Assembly: GCA_030765645.1 (NCBI GenBank)
Contig: JAVCCE010000063.1
Location: 137,626-201,625, forward strand
From: Candidatus Hinthialibacter antarcticus
GTDB lineage: Bacteria; Hinthialibacterota; Hinthialibacteria; Hinthialibacterales; Hinthialibacteraceae
Direction of reading: 5' to 3'
DNA: 64,000 nucleotides
Shown here: piece after piece, positions 27,859-38,267 of the stretch
Layout: every line of letters starts with the position of its first letter
Numbering within the stretch: the stretch's first letter is position 1
Translations under genes and position numbers: made by a program
Notes under the pieces: generated by a model
The model's database searches: none
What the model was told of the DNA's origin: nothing
Seen by the model: the letters and a program-made list of their open reading frames with translations, nothing else

Positions 27859-27998
27859 TTGCTGCGCCGCGCCGGGTTGTGAGTCGGGCGTTTCCAAATA
27901 ATAATACGTCAATGGTCGGGGCCGCGTAGCCTGGGCTGTTCATTGACCGTTATGCTTAAGAGCCGACGGTTCAATCATGTTGATATGGAGATGTTCGA

Positions 27999-29147
27999 AT
28001 GATTCGATTTGGGTTGACGGCAGTAACAGCAATTTTCACCATCCTTCTTTTTGTGGGAGGATGCGCCAATACGCCGTTTAATTCGTTTAATGATGCGACC
28101 GACGTCGTCATCATGGACGGCGTGATGCATCCTGTGAACGAGGGCGAAACGGTTAACGCGATCGCCCGCGCGTATGAAGTTTCTCCCCAGTTGTTGGTCC
28201 GCGTGAATAGCGTTGATCCAAAAGGCGAATTAAAAGCAGGCAGCCGCTTGTTTATTCCTGGTGCGCAAGACTATAAAATGGTCACGCCTGCTCATCAAAC
28301 CATTGCCATCGCAGATGCCGTCGCAGACCCGGGTTCCCACTCTGTTATTCAAATCGTTGAACCCACGCCTGCGCCCGTGCCCGAAGTGAAAGACGGATTA
28401 TGGCACATGGTGAATAAAGGCGAGACGCTGACGGCAATTGCAGACGCCTACGAACTCAAGTCCAGCGAATTACAGCGCGTGAACAACTTGCCCGATGCAT
28501 CAAAACTACGAGCGGGCCAAGTGCTTTGGGTTCCCGGCGCAAAGCAAGTCGAAGACGTTGAAATTATCAAACGCACTGTAGTAACGCAAGAGCCTGTCAA
28601 AGAATTGAATAACAATCCCGTCGTCGATCAGGTTATCAAGCCAGCGCCCACAGCGACGCCGAAACCCGAAGAAGTAGCCAAGGAGCCCGAGCAGGAGTTC
28701 CCGCGCAAGGTCAGCGAATTTGCTAACATGCGTTTTCAATGGCCGATCAAAGAGAACTTCCGCATTATTCGTCCATTTAGTTCGTCAACCAGCGCGATGA
28801 ACGCCGGCGTTGATTTAGGCGCGCCCATCGGCACAGAAATTTCCGCAGCCGCAAAAGGAAAAGTGCAGTTGGTCGGCGGCGTGGCGGACGACCTGGGCGG
28901 CAGTTTTGGCAACTTCATCATCATTTATCATGGGAAATATAAGAATGATGATGTGAGAACCATTTATGCGCATAACAGCGAAAATAGGGTGCAAGTCGGC
29001 CAAATTGTTGAGCGTGGTCAAATAATTGGTAAAGTGGGCAAGAGCGGAACGCCTCCCGCCAGCGAAGCGGGCGTGTTGCATTTTGAAATTCGCCAAAGCA
29101 CGACTGCGCTAGACCCGATCCGAATTCTCCCCGCGCTCAATGAATAA
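27999..29147 (+). CDS. LysM-domain (x2) M23 family metallopeptidase (peptidoglycan hydrolase)
   Basis: Two LysM motifs (HPVNEGETVNAIARAYEVS; HMVNKGETLTAIADAYELK), C-terminal M23 signature IYAHNS...GKSGTPPASEAGVLHFEIR; signal peptide. Confidence 0.85.
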   Translation: MIRFGLTAVTAIFTILLFVGGCANTPFNSFNDATDVVIMDGVMHPVNEGETVNAIARAYEVSPQLLVRVNSVDPKGELKAGSRLFIPGAQDYKMVTPAHQTIAIADAVADPGSHSVIQIVEPTPAPVPEVKDGLWHMVNKGETLTAIADAYELKSSELQRVNNLPDASKLRAGQVLWVPGAKQVEDVEIIKRTVVTQEPVKELNNNPVVDQVIKPAPTATPKPEEVAKEPEQEFPRKVSEFANMRFQWPIKENFRIIRPFSSSTSAMNAGVDLGAPIGTEISAAAKGKVQLVGGVADDLGGSFGNFIIIYHGKYKNDDVRTIYAHNSENRVQVGQIVERGQIIGKVGKSGTPPASEAGVLHFEIRQSTTALDPIRILPALNE

Positions 29148-29202
29148 AGTGGGGTTGACGGGCAGACAAATATATTGATGATGGCGGCGACTGGAGACCA
29201 AA

Positions 29203-29574
29203 ATGAACGAACGGCGCATATTTGAACGAGAAGAAATTCGCATCCCATTCATCTATAGTTTTGATGAAGGCGAGTCTTTGCACAGCGGCGAATGGTTTGA
29301 AGCCATTACATTAGACATCGGCCCGGTATTGGTCGGCGGCCTGGCTTTTCACTGTGAGCAGCCCTGTGAAATGGGAAAAAATATTCGCCTTTCATTGTTT
29401 ATGGATATGGAATTAATGAACACCTGGAAAGACAACCCCGAAGAACATCCCCCCATCTATCATGGCAAAATTTGTCGGATCACTGACGACGACGGCAAGC
29501 AGAAACTCGCCGTCGCCTTTAAAGGAATGGAAGAATTGGATTTGGGCGCTGGAGCAATGGGCGGAACGGAGTAA
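29203..29574 (+). CDS. PilZ-domain protein (c-di-GMP receptor candidate)
   Basis: ERRIFEREEIRIPF (RxxxR-like) and LDIGPVLVGG (DxSxGG-like) motifs, 123 aa. Confidence 0.5.
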   Translation: MNERRIFEREEIRIPFIYSFDEGESLHSGEWFEAITLDIGPVLVGGLAFHCEQPCEMGKNIRLSLFMDMELMNTWKDNPEEHPPIYHGKICRITDDDGKQKLAVAFKGMEELDLGAGAMGGTE

Positions 29575-29575
29575 T

Positions 29576-31414
29576 CTACTTCGCTCCATGCAACCAACGA
29601 TAGCCGTGGATCGCGGTCAACAGGCTTTCGACCAGAATGCTCGATTCATCTTCCACATAGACGTCAACAAACCATTCTTTTCCATCAAATCCTGCGCTTG
29701 CCGCCGCTGGTTTTAAATGCGGGGCAAGCGCTTCGATTAACAATTCAAATTGTTCCGTTGCCGCGCCTTGTTCGTTAAGGTGCGCCATTTCAGAGCGCAG
29801 AATAAAATCAAACCAGTCGCGTGAAACAGCGGCTTGCGCCTGTGCGGGCGACCGGACTTGCGAGAGCAACTGACGCGCTTCGTTGCTGCGCCGTTTTTTT
29901 CCGTCCGGGTCGGTATTTTTATCGCCCATATAATTTCGCGCCGCAACGCTGGAGTCAAACAAATACATGGCTCCATCGCGTTCAAGCGCAATCAACTCGC
30001 TCAAAGGCGCCGCGCGCCGTTTGCCCTCTTTGAATTGATAGTGCGTTCCAGGCAAGTTTGCGATTTCAATCTCTTCGGATTGAACACGCGGCGCTTGTTG
30101 AAATGTATCAAGCAACGTCCCGTTTGAGTCAAATTCCGGGAACGCAAAGGCCATCGAAGGCGCTCCTTGATAAAACCCAAACACGTTAAATGAAAAAATC
30201 TGGTTCGGTTTGGCCATGCTGAAAAAATCCATCATGCCGTTGCTTGCCATGCCGCCTTGTGAACCGCCGGGCTGGTCTTCGCTCATTTGCGCTTCGCGTC
30301 GCGCGGCCCGTTTTTTACCTTTGGCTTGCATCTGAAGCGAGGGGGCGGGCGTCTCATTTTTGCCTTGATTACCCTCGGTCGCTTCTAAAACGGCGTCAGG
30401 CGCTGGTCGGCGGAACGCGACTTCTAATAGCCCCGCCGGATCGTCGGCGCCGAACGGAAACGCTTGCATGGGCGTCCAGGCGGCTGTCCACGGCGGTGGG
30501 ATTTCTGCTTGGGCGACTGCGGTGAGCCGGCCTTCGCCGTTGGGCCAATGCAGCACGACGTATGCAGAGTCCGCCCCCAAATGCGAGAGCAACTGCGGCG
30601 CCATGCCAGGAACGCCAGGCCCCGGCGGAATGGCGTGCGCAGAGTTTGTGAAGAGCGCAACCGCTGCATGAGGAAAACGGCGCATGGCTTCTTCGTGTAT
30701 CGCTGGTTTCTCAGTGAGGCCAGGCGGCGCGGGCGTATTGAGAATGCCCGCGAGTTCTTCCGCCGCCATGCTCAGCCAGAGCAATTGTTCCTCTTGTTTG
30801 ACGGCGAATTTTCCAAACGGCGTTTTGATGAGGTCAATCTGATTCGGCCCGAACGATTTGGTTTCGCGGTCGCTCTCTGGAATGTCTGACAATAACGAAT
30901 CTAGAGAATCGTTGTCTCCGGTGAACGCCGCGATCCAGGTCATCGGAGCGCCTTCGCGGGGAGGAGGCAAAAAGAACAAGCGCATGGCGTCGCTGGCGCC
31001 GGATAAAGCCTGAAATGCTTGGGTGGCGCCAGAGGGCAACGCAGAGAGAAACTCGTTGCCGATGGTTTGTACGGCGTCGTCGTTCCAAAGAGAAGTGAAC
31101 GCGTCTTTGTGTTCACCGATGCGCTTGAAATCCGCCAACACCCAGAAGACGGACGTGTTGGGCAATATCCGTTCAAGCACCACTTCAGGGGCAGGCGCTT
31201 CAGACGTGGGCGCTTGCTGTTCCGCGTTGGTTCCTGCGGCGACAGCGGGGCCGGGGGGCGATGAGGGCGCTGCCGTCAAATGAATCAAGTAGCCGCAGGC
31301 CAAGCCGCCGACAAAGAATAATAGGGAAATCAAGATGTGCTTTTTCATTCGAACCGTCCATCTTTTCGTTGCAATTTGAATTTGATTCACAGCGTAACTG
31401 TCCGCCTGGCTCAT
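29576..31414 (-). CDS. Hypothetical membrane-anchored protein (612 aa) co-transcribed at the 3' end of the T2SS operon
   Basis: Start overlaps gspD stop; N-terminal TM/signal-anchor (alternative start MKKHILISLLFFVGGLACGYLIHL); Pro/Ala-rich, no recognisable domain. Confidence 0.5.
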   Translation of the reverse strand: MSQADSYAVNQIQIATKRWTVRMKKHILISLLFFVGGLACGYLIHLTAAPSSPPGPAVAAGTNAEQQAPTSEAPAPEVVLERILPNTSVFWVLADFKRIGEHKDAFTSLWNDDAVQTIGNEFLSALPSGATQAFQALSGASDAMRLFFLPPPREGAPMTWIAAFTGDNDSLDSLLSDIPESDRETKSFGPNQIDLIKTPFGKFAVKQEEQLLWLSMAAEELAGILNTPAPPGLTEKPAIHEEAMRRFPHAAVALFTNSAHAIPPGPGVPGMAPQLLSHLGADSAYVVLHWPNGEGRLTAVAQAEIPPPWTAAWTPMQAFPFGADDPAGLLEVAFRRPAPDAVLEATEGNQGKNETPAPSLQMQAKGKKRAARREAQMSEDQPGGSQGGMASNGMMDFFSMAKPNQIFSFNVFGFYQGAPSMAFAFPEFDSNGTLLDTFQQAPRVQSEEIEIANLPGTHYQFKEGKRRAAPLSELIALERDGAMYLFDSSVAARNYMGDKNTDPDGKKRRSNEARQLLSQVRSPAQAQAAVSRDWFDFILRSEMAHLNEQGAATEQFELLIEALAPHLKPAAASAGFDGKEWFVDVYVEDESSILVESLLTAIHGYRWLHGAK

Positions 31415-34230
31415 TCGGGCCGTCCGATGCGAACATTTAATTCTTTCATCTGGTTTTGGAACGAATCATAAACATTGATCCGCTCGCGATGCCGTAGAAA
31501 CACGCGGTCGCGGTCTTCTGCTGTGTTCAAGATATAGGGCGTGATGAACGCCATTAATTCTTTATTGGTTTGTTGTTTCTTTTTTGATTTGAACAGGTAG
31601 CCCAAAATGGGAATATGCCTCAGGCCGGGGACGCCGTCTTCAATATCAGAAAAACTGGTGTCAATGACGCCGGAGAGTACGGCGGTTTCTTCGTCGTTTA
31701 TCATGAGTTCTGTTCTCACGCGGCGGCGGTTAAACGCGGGGATTTCTGAATCGCCGACGCGAAGTTGAAATTGGTTCAGCACCTTGCCCGTTTCTAAATC
31801 AACATTGATGGTGACCGTGTCTTCATCATTAATGTGGGGTTGCACCGTTAACACCAAGCCCACGTCATTATAAAGCGTGCTTTGCAGGTTGCCTGCGTTG
31901 CCTTGTGAAATGCTGCCCAGCGTGGGAATTCGATCAACCACTTCAACATACGCACTTTGATTATCGCCGGTCAATACATCCGGTCGCGCCAGCACATTGG
32001 TCTTATCGCTTTTGGCGAGAAACCCTAAAACCGTTTCAAAACTAGAGCGAGAGATAACCGTTGAGCGGTCTAGGCTGAATTGGTTGAACGACTGGTTCAA
32101 ATCGAGGTCGGCTTGAATGGGGACGTTGTCGGGCCAGTTGATGCCGAGCTCATTGTTCTTCAAGTCAACAATTTCAATGATCAAAATTTCAACCAACACC
32201 TGGCTGATCTCACGGTCGAGTTCTTTGATGATATCTTCGACCAGATCAAAATATTGCGAATTGGTTGTGACCAGAAGCGAGTTGGTGCGCGTTTCTGAAA
32301 CGATGCGGACGTTGCCGATTAGGTTGCTGACTTCCTGTTCTCCGCCTTGCGACGATTGATTGAGGTACCAATAAAAGCCCCGGTTGCCTTGATTGCTTTG
32401 ATCTTCTTGAAACAATTGCGTCAATTGCTGCGATAATTCCGCCGCATCAGCGTTTTTGAGTTGAATGACTTTCGTTCCGCCGAATTCCGGCGCCAGACGG
32501 TCTAGTTTCTCTACCAGCCGTTCAACGATATCAAATGCGCGCGGCGTTGCTGCGATGACGATGAGCGAATTGGTGTTCGGATCGGCGATGATTTTTACCT
32601 TGCCGGTCAAGCCTGTAATACCGGAGGATTGATCGTTTCCAAAATAGAAGTAGTTAGAATTTGAACTTTCTTCTTCAAATAATGCCTCGATCAGATAGGC
32701 CAAATCAGAAGCCCGAACATGCTTGACTGGATACACGCGGGGTTCTTCCGCCGACTCGGGCAGCGGTTGGTCTAACTGCTCGACCAGCGCTTCAATCATC
32801 GGGAAGTCGCCGGGCTTGGCGGTAATGACCAGGGCGTTTTGCCTTTGGTCTTCGATAATCGAAGTGTCTTTTTGATCGTTGCCGGAAGAATACCAGCGGT
32901 AGCGCGAATTTGAATTGCTGTCTTCCTGGTTCAGCAGTTGGTCCAGCATGGGTTTTAAAATGATCGCATCAGCGCTTTCCAGGCGGAAAATTTTGGTGAG
33001 TTTCTCATAACTCTCTTTGCTGTCCAAAACTTGAATCAACTTACCGACTTCTAAAACGTCTTCGGGATACGCTGAAACCACGATGGTGTTAGTGCGTGAA
33101 TCCGCAGAAACGCCGGGCCTGTAGTTACTGGTTTGGCGCCCTTGGGCGAGTTGCGTCAATGTTTGAACAATTTCGGTCGCATCGCCGTTTTTTAGCGTGA
33201 AAGTCTGCGTATGTAATTCTTCTGTTTTGCTGGTGTCTAATTTTGTGATGAATTCTTTGACGGCGTCAATCGCTTCGGTCGGCGCAGAAACAATGAGCGA
33301 GTTGGTTTGGCGGTCAATGACGACTTCAACCGGCGCTTGCTGGCGGCGCCCGCCGCGACCTTCTATCAATTGCGCTTGAACAATATTGCCTAATAAATCA
33401 TCGAGATCGCGCCCAATGTCATTAGCGTTCAGGTATTTCAACCGAAACACTTGCACCGACATGTCGCCAATCGCGCTCTCTTTGTCTAACTCACGGATGA
33501 TGTCTTCCAGCCGTTGGATGTTCGCCGCTGTATCGGTGATGATGAGCGAGCGCGTACGTTCATCCGCGATGACGTTCGCCGTGTCGGGAATCAATGGCGA
33601 TAGCGATTCTTTCAGAGAAGACGGCGACGCGAAATTCAACTTAATGACCTGATGTTTCATGCGCGAACCCATGGTGTCATCGTCGGCGCCGGATTTTACT
33701 TCCAGCCCTTTTTGTTTCGCGCCCGACACGGTCATCACGATAATCATTTCGTCATATTCAATGAAGGTGATGCCTTTGAGAAGAAACGCTTGGTCGATGA
33801 TTTCCATCGCTTGTACGGCGGTGACTTCATTGGGGTTGATAATATTGATCTGGCCTTGTACGTCGTCGCTTTTGAGGACGACCTTCTTGCTCAAGTCGCT
33901 GATGAATTTCAACACTTGCTCGATCGGGGCGTTGTTAAAATTCAGGCTGAACTTTTCTGGTTCGCCTTCATCGCTTCCATCCACCGGCTGGGCGGATTTT
34001 CCGTTCGGTGAAATCACGCTGAACATCCCTTTTACGGTATCCGCCAGAATGCTGCCCAAACCTTTGGCGGATTCGCTGCTCGTCTCTTCGCTGCTTTCTT
34101 GCGCGAAGGGTTGCAGGGTGGGCGCTGCGATGAACAACAACAGGCTCCCCAAAATTAGTGTGATATAGATCGAGCGTTTCATAGTCCCACTCCTTAGAAT
34201 TTTCGTATTGTGATTATATTGAATTGACAA
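31411..34230 (-). CDS. gspD: Type II secretion system secretin GspD (multi-N-domain secretin)
   Basis: 939 aa, signal peptide, at least 5 repeated secretin N domains, C-terminal secretin domain (VLVEILIIEIVDLKNNELGINW ... AFITPYIL). Confidence 0.9.
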   Translation of the reverse strand: MSIQYNHNTKILRSGTMKRSIYITLILGSLLLFIAAPTLQPFAQESSEETSSESAKGLGSILADTVKGMFSVISPNGKSAQPVDGSDEGEPEKFSLNFNNAPIEQVLKFISDLSKKVVLKSDDVQGQINIINPNEVTAVQAMEIIDQAFLLKGITFIEYDEMIIVMTVSGAKQKGLEVKSGADDDTMGSRMKHQVIKLNFASPSSLKESLSPLIPDTANVIADERTRSLIITDTAANIQRLEDIIRELDKESAIGDMSVQVFRLKYLNANDIGRDLDDLLGNIVQAQLIEGRGGRRQQAPVEVVIDRQTNSLIVSAPTEAIDAVKEFITKLDTSKTEELHTQTFTLKNGDATEIVQTLTQLAQGRQTSNYRPGVSADSRTNTIVVSAYPEDVLEVGKLIQVLDSKESYEKLTKIFRLESADAIILKPMLDQLLNQEDSNSNSRYRWYSSGNDQKDTSIIEDQRQNALVITAKPGDFPMIEALVEQLDQPLPESAEEPRVYPVKHVRASDLAYLIEALFEEESSNSNYFYFGNDQSSGITGLTGKVKIIADPNTNSLIVIAATPRAFDIVERLVEKLDRLAPEFGGTKVIQLKNADAAELSQQLTQLFQEDQSNQGNRGFYWYLNQSSQGGEQEVSNLIGNVRIVSETRTNSLLVTTNSQYFDLVEDIIKELDREISQVLVEILIIEIVDLKNNELGINWPDNVPIQADLDLNQSFNQFSLDRSTVISRSSFETVLGFLAKSDKTNVLARPDVLTGDNQSAYVEVVDRIPTLGSISQGNAGNLQSTLYNDVGLVLTVQPHINDEDTVTINVDLETGKVLNQFQLRVGDSEIPAFNRRRVRTELMINDEETAVLSGVIDTSFSDIEDGVPGLRHIPILGYLFKSKKKQQTNKELMAFITPYILNTAEDRDRVFLRHRERINVYDSFQNQMKELNVRIGRPE

Positions 34231-34234
34231 TCCC

Positions 34235-34930
34235 TCAGCCTCCCTGGCCCATGCGTCTCATCATTCGTTCGCGAACCTGGGGCGGCGCGTTTTCCAGCAT
34301 TTGACGTCGTTGCTCTGGTGGCATGTTGCGCATTGCTTCACGCATGCCCGCACCGCCTCCACCGCCCATTTGCATGGCTGGCATTGGCGATGACATATCG
34401 CCGCCGGGCATTGGCGGGCGCTGTGACTTCCTTCCCGAACGATTGTTGACCGGACGGCCGCCACCGCCGCCGTTTTGTCCGGTGAACATTTCAAACATGC
34501 GTGGTTGGTCTTCGCCTTCAATCTCAATGGTCACACTGAACGATTCGATTGAGACTAAGGTCGCGTTGCCGATTCGGCCTCCAACCGCGACGGGCTGTCC
34601 GTTAATCACGGCTTTGTCGAGATAAATCGCGGTCAACATAAATTTGGGTTCCTGAAAACGAAAAATATCTTTTTCGGGTTTTCGCGGTTGCCCGCCGCCC
34701 TGATTGCTCGGCCCCATTTGTGGATTCGGCGCCTGTTCTTCGTTTTTATTTTCTTTTGAATCGCTTGACTCGGCTTGTGCGATGAGCCGGTCGACATGGC
34801 GCAATTCCAATAGGCGATACAATGTTCCGCCAATTTGAAATACCAGCACGGCGCCCAGCAGGGCATAGACGATTTGCTGCCAATAGGCGCGTAGGTAACC
34901 GATGGCGCGTTCACGGAGTTGGTAATTCAT
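34235..34930 (-). CDS. GspC/PilP-like secretin-interacting protein with Gly/Met/Pro-rich C-terminal tail
   Basis: N-terminal TM, small beta-rich periplasmic domain (INGQPVAVGGRIGNATLVSIESFSVTIEIEGEDQ), low-complexity tail MPGGDMSSPMPAMQMGGGGGAGM...; position immediately upstream of gspD. Confidence 0.4.
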   Translation of the reverse strand: MNYQLRERAIGYLRAYWQQIVYALLGAVLVFQIGGTLYRLLELRHVDRLIAQAESSDSKENKNEEQAPNPQMGPSNQGGGQPRKPEKDIFRFQEPKFMLTAIYLDKAVINGQPVAVGGRIGNATLVSIESFSVTIEIEGEDQPRMFEMFTGQNGGGGGRPVNNRSGRKSQRPPMPGGDMSSPMPAMQMGGGGGAGMREAMRNMPPEQRRQMLENAPPQVRERMMRRMGQGG

Positions 34931-35502
34931 GCGCCGCCTCCTTGCCGCAGGTTTGTCGGCGCGTTGTTTTCAAAACGGGTGTTCAGCAAGTACGTGGTCA
35001 ATTTGAGTTGCACTTGCAAGTTCGGTTGATTGGCGTCTTTCAGCGACGCCTTTAAGTTAGACGGTTGCAACAAAATTTCTGATTTAGAAAAATTGTCCAA
35101 CAATTGAATCAACTGTGGGTATTGGCATTCCAGTGAAAGGTTCGCTTCCAGTTGCGGCAGCGGCTTTGCGCGCTTGTTGATGGTGCTCGAATAATTTTTG
35201 ACTTGGACGCCGCTTTGCCCGGCGACTTTTTCAATTTCTGCATATAACTGGCTAACATCTTTTTCGCTGATGAAACGTCCGGTTTCATTGCCGATCTTTT
35301 TTCGCCAGTTCATGTTTTTCGCTTTCTGATCTTCGACGGTCGCCATCTGTTCGAAGAGCGTATCAAAGCGGTCCGCCGTGGCGGAAGACACTTCCATGTC
35401 GTTGCTCGACATGACGTTCATCAAAATGTACGCAACGCCGATCACGGCGATGCAGCCTGTGATGAGCGCCATGCGTTTTTCCCGTTTTGAAAGGGAAGCC
35501 AT
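34927..35502 (-). CDS. GspM-like type II secretion inner-membrane protein
   Basis: 191 aa, single N-terminal TM, position between gspL-like and gspC-like; weak sequence signal. Confidence 0.4.
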   Translation of the reverse strand: MASLSKREKRMALITGCIAVIGVAYILMNVMSSNDMEVSSATADRFDTLFEQMATVEDQKAKNMNWRKKIGNETGRFISEKDVSQLYAEIEKVAGQSGVQVKNYSSTINKRAKPLPQLEANLSLECQYPQLIQLLDNFSKSEILLQPSNLKASLKDANQPNLQVQLKLTTYLLNTRFENNAPTNLRQGGGA

Positions 35503-35511
35503 AATCTGCTC

Positions 35512-36963
35512 CTATGCCCCCGGAACCAATTTGCCGGTTAGATAAATCACGATGCCTTCTTTTTCCATCACGGCGCGGTCAGAGACCACGTCTCGAAAGT
35601 ACTTGCTTGCGTTTAATTGTTCGATGATTTTCAATACGTTTTGATTGTTTCCGCCCACCAATGACAAGACGACGCCGTCTTTGTCGTCGAACGATAAATT
35701 CTTGATGAGCAATTTTTTTTCAGACGAAAGCGTTTCCGACAAAAAGAGCAGCACGTCCGCCATCGCGACGCGGCGTTGCGCCATGGCGCGCAATCCCGTC
35801 TCTTCGTTTTGCAGGTGGGTCGCAAGTTTCAGCAGGCTTTTGCCTTCGCTGAGGCGCGCATCGACTGCGCTGTTAAACCATAAGGCGCTTGCGATCCACA
35901 AGACAATCGCGGCGGCGGTTATAACGCCTGCATTGCGAATAAACGCCCGCGACGGTTGCGCTGCTTCCCAGATTCGCGCGCCCCAGACGGTTTCTTCCTT
36001 CTCATCGAGCAGATTGACGCCTGACAACCCGGCGCACAAACGCGCATAGGCAATCGCTAACAATGGAAGGTGGTCATTACAGGGTTGGGCGGTTTTGCAT
36101 TCAAAACTCGAAGCCATGTCGTTTGCGCTAAGCCGATATAATGTTAATGAATGTTGCGTCGCGAGCGATTCAAGCGCATCTCCAGGCTGATCGTCAAATC
36201 CTGCAATGATGAGCGAACGAATCTCGCCTGCGATCAATCGTTCCGAAACATACGCCAGCGTGCGTTCGATTTCTTGCGCGAGACGCTGTTGAATATCTGT
36301 ATCGCCTGCTTCAGTTGATGTGGACAGATTGACCGTTCGCGTATAGTAGACCGCGTTGGAATCCGCTGCGGCGATTTCGGCGCGGTCGCCTTCTTGCATC
36401 ACGAGAAGGGCGGGTTGACGCAGCAGCCCCGCTTCGGATTGCAGCGCATACTCATAAAACGCCCAGATGCTCGGCGTGATTTGCGAAATGGGGATGCGGT
36501 TGGCGGGCCAATCCGCCGCCCAGTCGTTGAGGATCGATTTTCGCGCGGCGATCCAAAGTAGTTTGGGGCTGGTCGTCGTACGCTTGCTGGAGACCCAATA
36601 ATCCCAGGCAATGTCTTCAATCGGTACCTGCAACGCTTCCGACACTTCAAACGCAACCAAGTCGCGCAGGTTGTCATCGTCGGCGGGCGGCGCATCAATG
36701 GTGCGCGCCGTTAAGCGGTGGGAGGGCGCCGCCAGCACGGCTTCATAACTGACCCAGATTCCCGCTTGCAGTTGCCTGGCGACCAACTCGATTGCGCTCT
36801 GCAGCGTGAGGTCTTCGCCGTCGATGTGTAACGGTTGTACGCCCGCGCCCAGCAGTTGCACTTTGTTTGCGTCGCGTGACGCTTCGATCCAAACGAGCCG
36901 GTCGTCGAGTCGCTGAAATAAAATTAAGTGATTCACGGATGCGCTCATCGCACCACCTTCCAA
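35512..36963 (-). CDS. GspL-like type II secretion protein (cytoplasmic actin-like domain, TM, periplasmic domain)
   Basis: 483 aa, single TM near residue 340 (VITAAAIVLWIASALWFNSAV), position after gspK. Confidence 0.5.
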   Translation of the reverse strand: MEGGAMSASVNHLILFQRLDDRLVWIEASRDANKVQLLGAGVQPLHIDGEDLTLQSAIELVARQLQAGIWVSYEAVLAAPSHRLTARTIDAPPADDDNLRDLVAFEVSEALQVPIEDIAWDYWVSSKRTTTSPKLLWIAARKSILNDWAADWPANRIPISQITPSIWAFYEYALQSEAGLLRQPALLVMQEGDRAEIAAADSNAVYYTRTVNLSTSTEAGDTDIQQRLAQEIERTLAYVSERLIAGEIRSLIIAGFDDQPGDALESLATQHSLTLYRLSANDMASSFECKTAQPCNDHLPLLAIAYARLCAGLSGVNLLDEKEETVWGARIWEAAQPSRAFIRNAGVITAAAIVLWIASALWFNSAVDARLSEGKSLLKLATHLQNEETGLRAMAQRRVAMADVLLFLSETLSSEKKLLIKNLSFDDKDGVVLSLVGGNNQNVLKIIEQLNASKYFRDVVSDRAVMEKEGIVIYLTGKLVPGA

Positions 36964-38267
36964 TATATAAATTGTGGAGGTTCCGCGTTGCGGTCAAATA
37001 TTGCGAACACCTGTTTGTAGGCGTTGTTTGCCTGAATGTATCCTGTCGAACGCATCGAAAAGACGGACGATTTGGTGCAGGCGATCTCGGTCATGCGCGC
37101 GAATTGTTGTTCGCTCACGCCCTGCACGTCAAGCAGTTCGCCCAGCGATTCAAGCGGCCCGTCGCTGGACTCGCGGTATTCAATGATGGTTTCGACGATT
37201 TCTTCATTTTGCGGGAAGAAGCATTTCAACACTTCACGCGGCGCCGTATTGAGGTTCACGAGGCCAAATAATTTCTCATCATCCGTCGTCGTGATGCGGT
37301 CTGCTACGTCGCGCATTTTTTCTTTACTGAGGATGCGTTGATTGTTGTTATTATTTCGCCCGCCGCCGTTGTTATTGTTTTGCTGGCGCGAAATTAAATC
37401 GCCGATACGGGTATATTCATTTCCGTCGCGGCCTTGAATGATTTGGTTGATTTCTTCATCGCTGAGAACGTCGCTCAATTCTTCTTTCATCTCATCTTCA
37501 TTCGCGCTATTGATGTTGATGCGCGATAGGCCGTCGCCGCTTTCATTTTTTTCATACGAATAAACGGTCAGATAATGGATCCAGCCCAGATTGAGTTCGT
37601 CGTTTCCATCGTCGATGGGGAACGAACTTTCGCCGTCGTTTTCATTGAGGTCAAGCAAGCCGTTTGAATTAATGTCTTCGCCGTAAAGCACTTCAACAGA
37701 AACGCCCCGCACCAACATGAGTTCGCCCAAAGTGTCGAACTGTCCGTTCTTGGGCTGGTAGGGTTCTTCGAGCGATTGGTAATAATCAATTTCCGCCCCG
37801 AAAGTGCGTTGTTCGTCATTCTCATCCCGCCAATCTAGAATTGCGTCGGCGAGTTCTTCGGTTGCGTATGGCAGCGCCAAGATCATATCGCGGGTTGCGG
37901 TATTAATGTTGAGTTTGGAGCATTCATCCACACATCCATACGCCGTCGATCCTGGAGTTGAAAAATCAGGATGCTCAACCCGGTAAACGCCGTCGCCCAG
38001 GGTTGCGTCGAAAAACGCATCGGCGCTATTGCTCCAGGTTTCGTTGAGTGAATCGAAGGTGGTGAGTTCGTAATCGTCAATCAGTTCCGCCACGGCGCGG
38101 TAGACGCCCGCCTCGGCGAGCATCTCGGCCTGCAGGGCGTCGTTTAAGTTTTTATTGATTTTGACCGCAAGGCGCGATTCCCTCGAGAACAGCATGGTGA
38201 ACGTCCCCATGACGGTGACGATCCATAGTACCACGATCAGCGCGATGCCGCGTTCGGAGGCCCTCAT
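36945..38267 (-). CDS. gspK: Type II secretion minor pseudopilin GspK
   Basis: N-terminal GIALIVVLWIVTVMGTF hydrophobic segment, about 440 aa, Asp/Asn-rich middle. Confidence 0.65.
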   Translation of the reverse strand: MRASERGIALIVVLWIVTVMGTFTMLFSRESRLAVKINKNLNDALQAEMLAEAGVYRAVAELIDDYELTTFDSLNETWSNSADAFFDATLGDGVYRVEHPDFSTPGSTAYGCVDECSKLNINTATRDMILALPYATEELADAILDWRDENDEQRTFGAEIDYYQSLEEPYQPKNGQFDTLGELMLVRGVSVEVLYGEDINSNGLLDLNENDGESSFPIDDGNDELNLGWIHYLTVYSYEKNESGDGLSRININSANEDEMKEELSDVLSDEEINQIIQGRDGNEYTRIGDLISRQQNNNNGGGRNNNNNQRILSKEKMRDVADRITTTDDEKLFGLVNLNTAPREVLKCFFPQNEEIVETIIEYRESSDGPLESLGELLDVQGVSEQQFARMTEIACTKSSVFSMRSTGYIQANNAYKQVFAIFDRNAEPPQFIYWKVVR

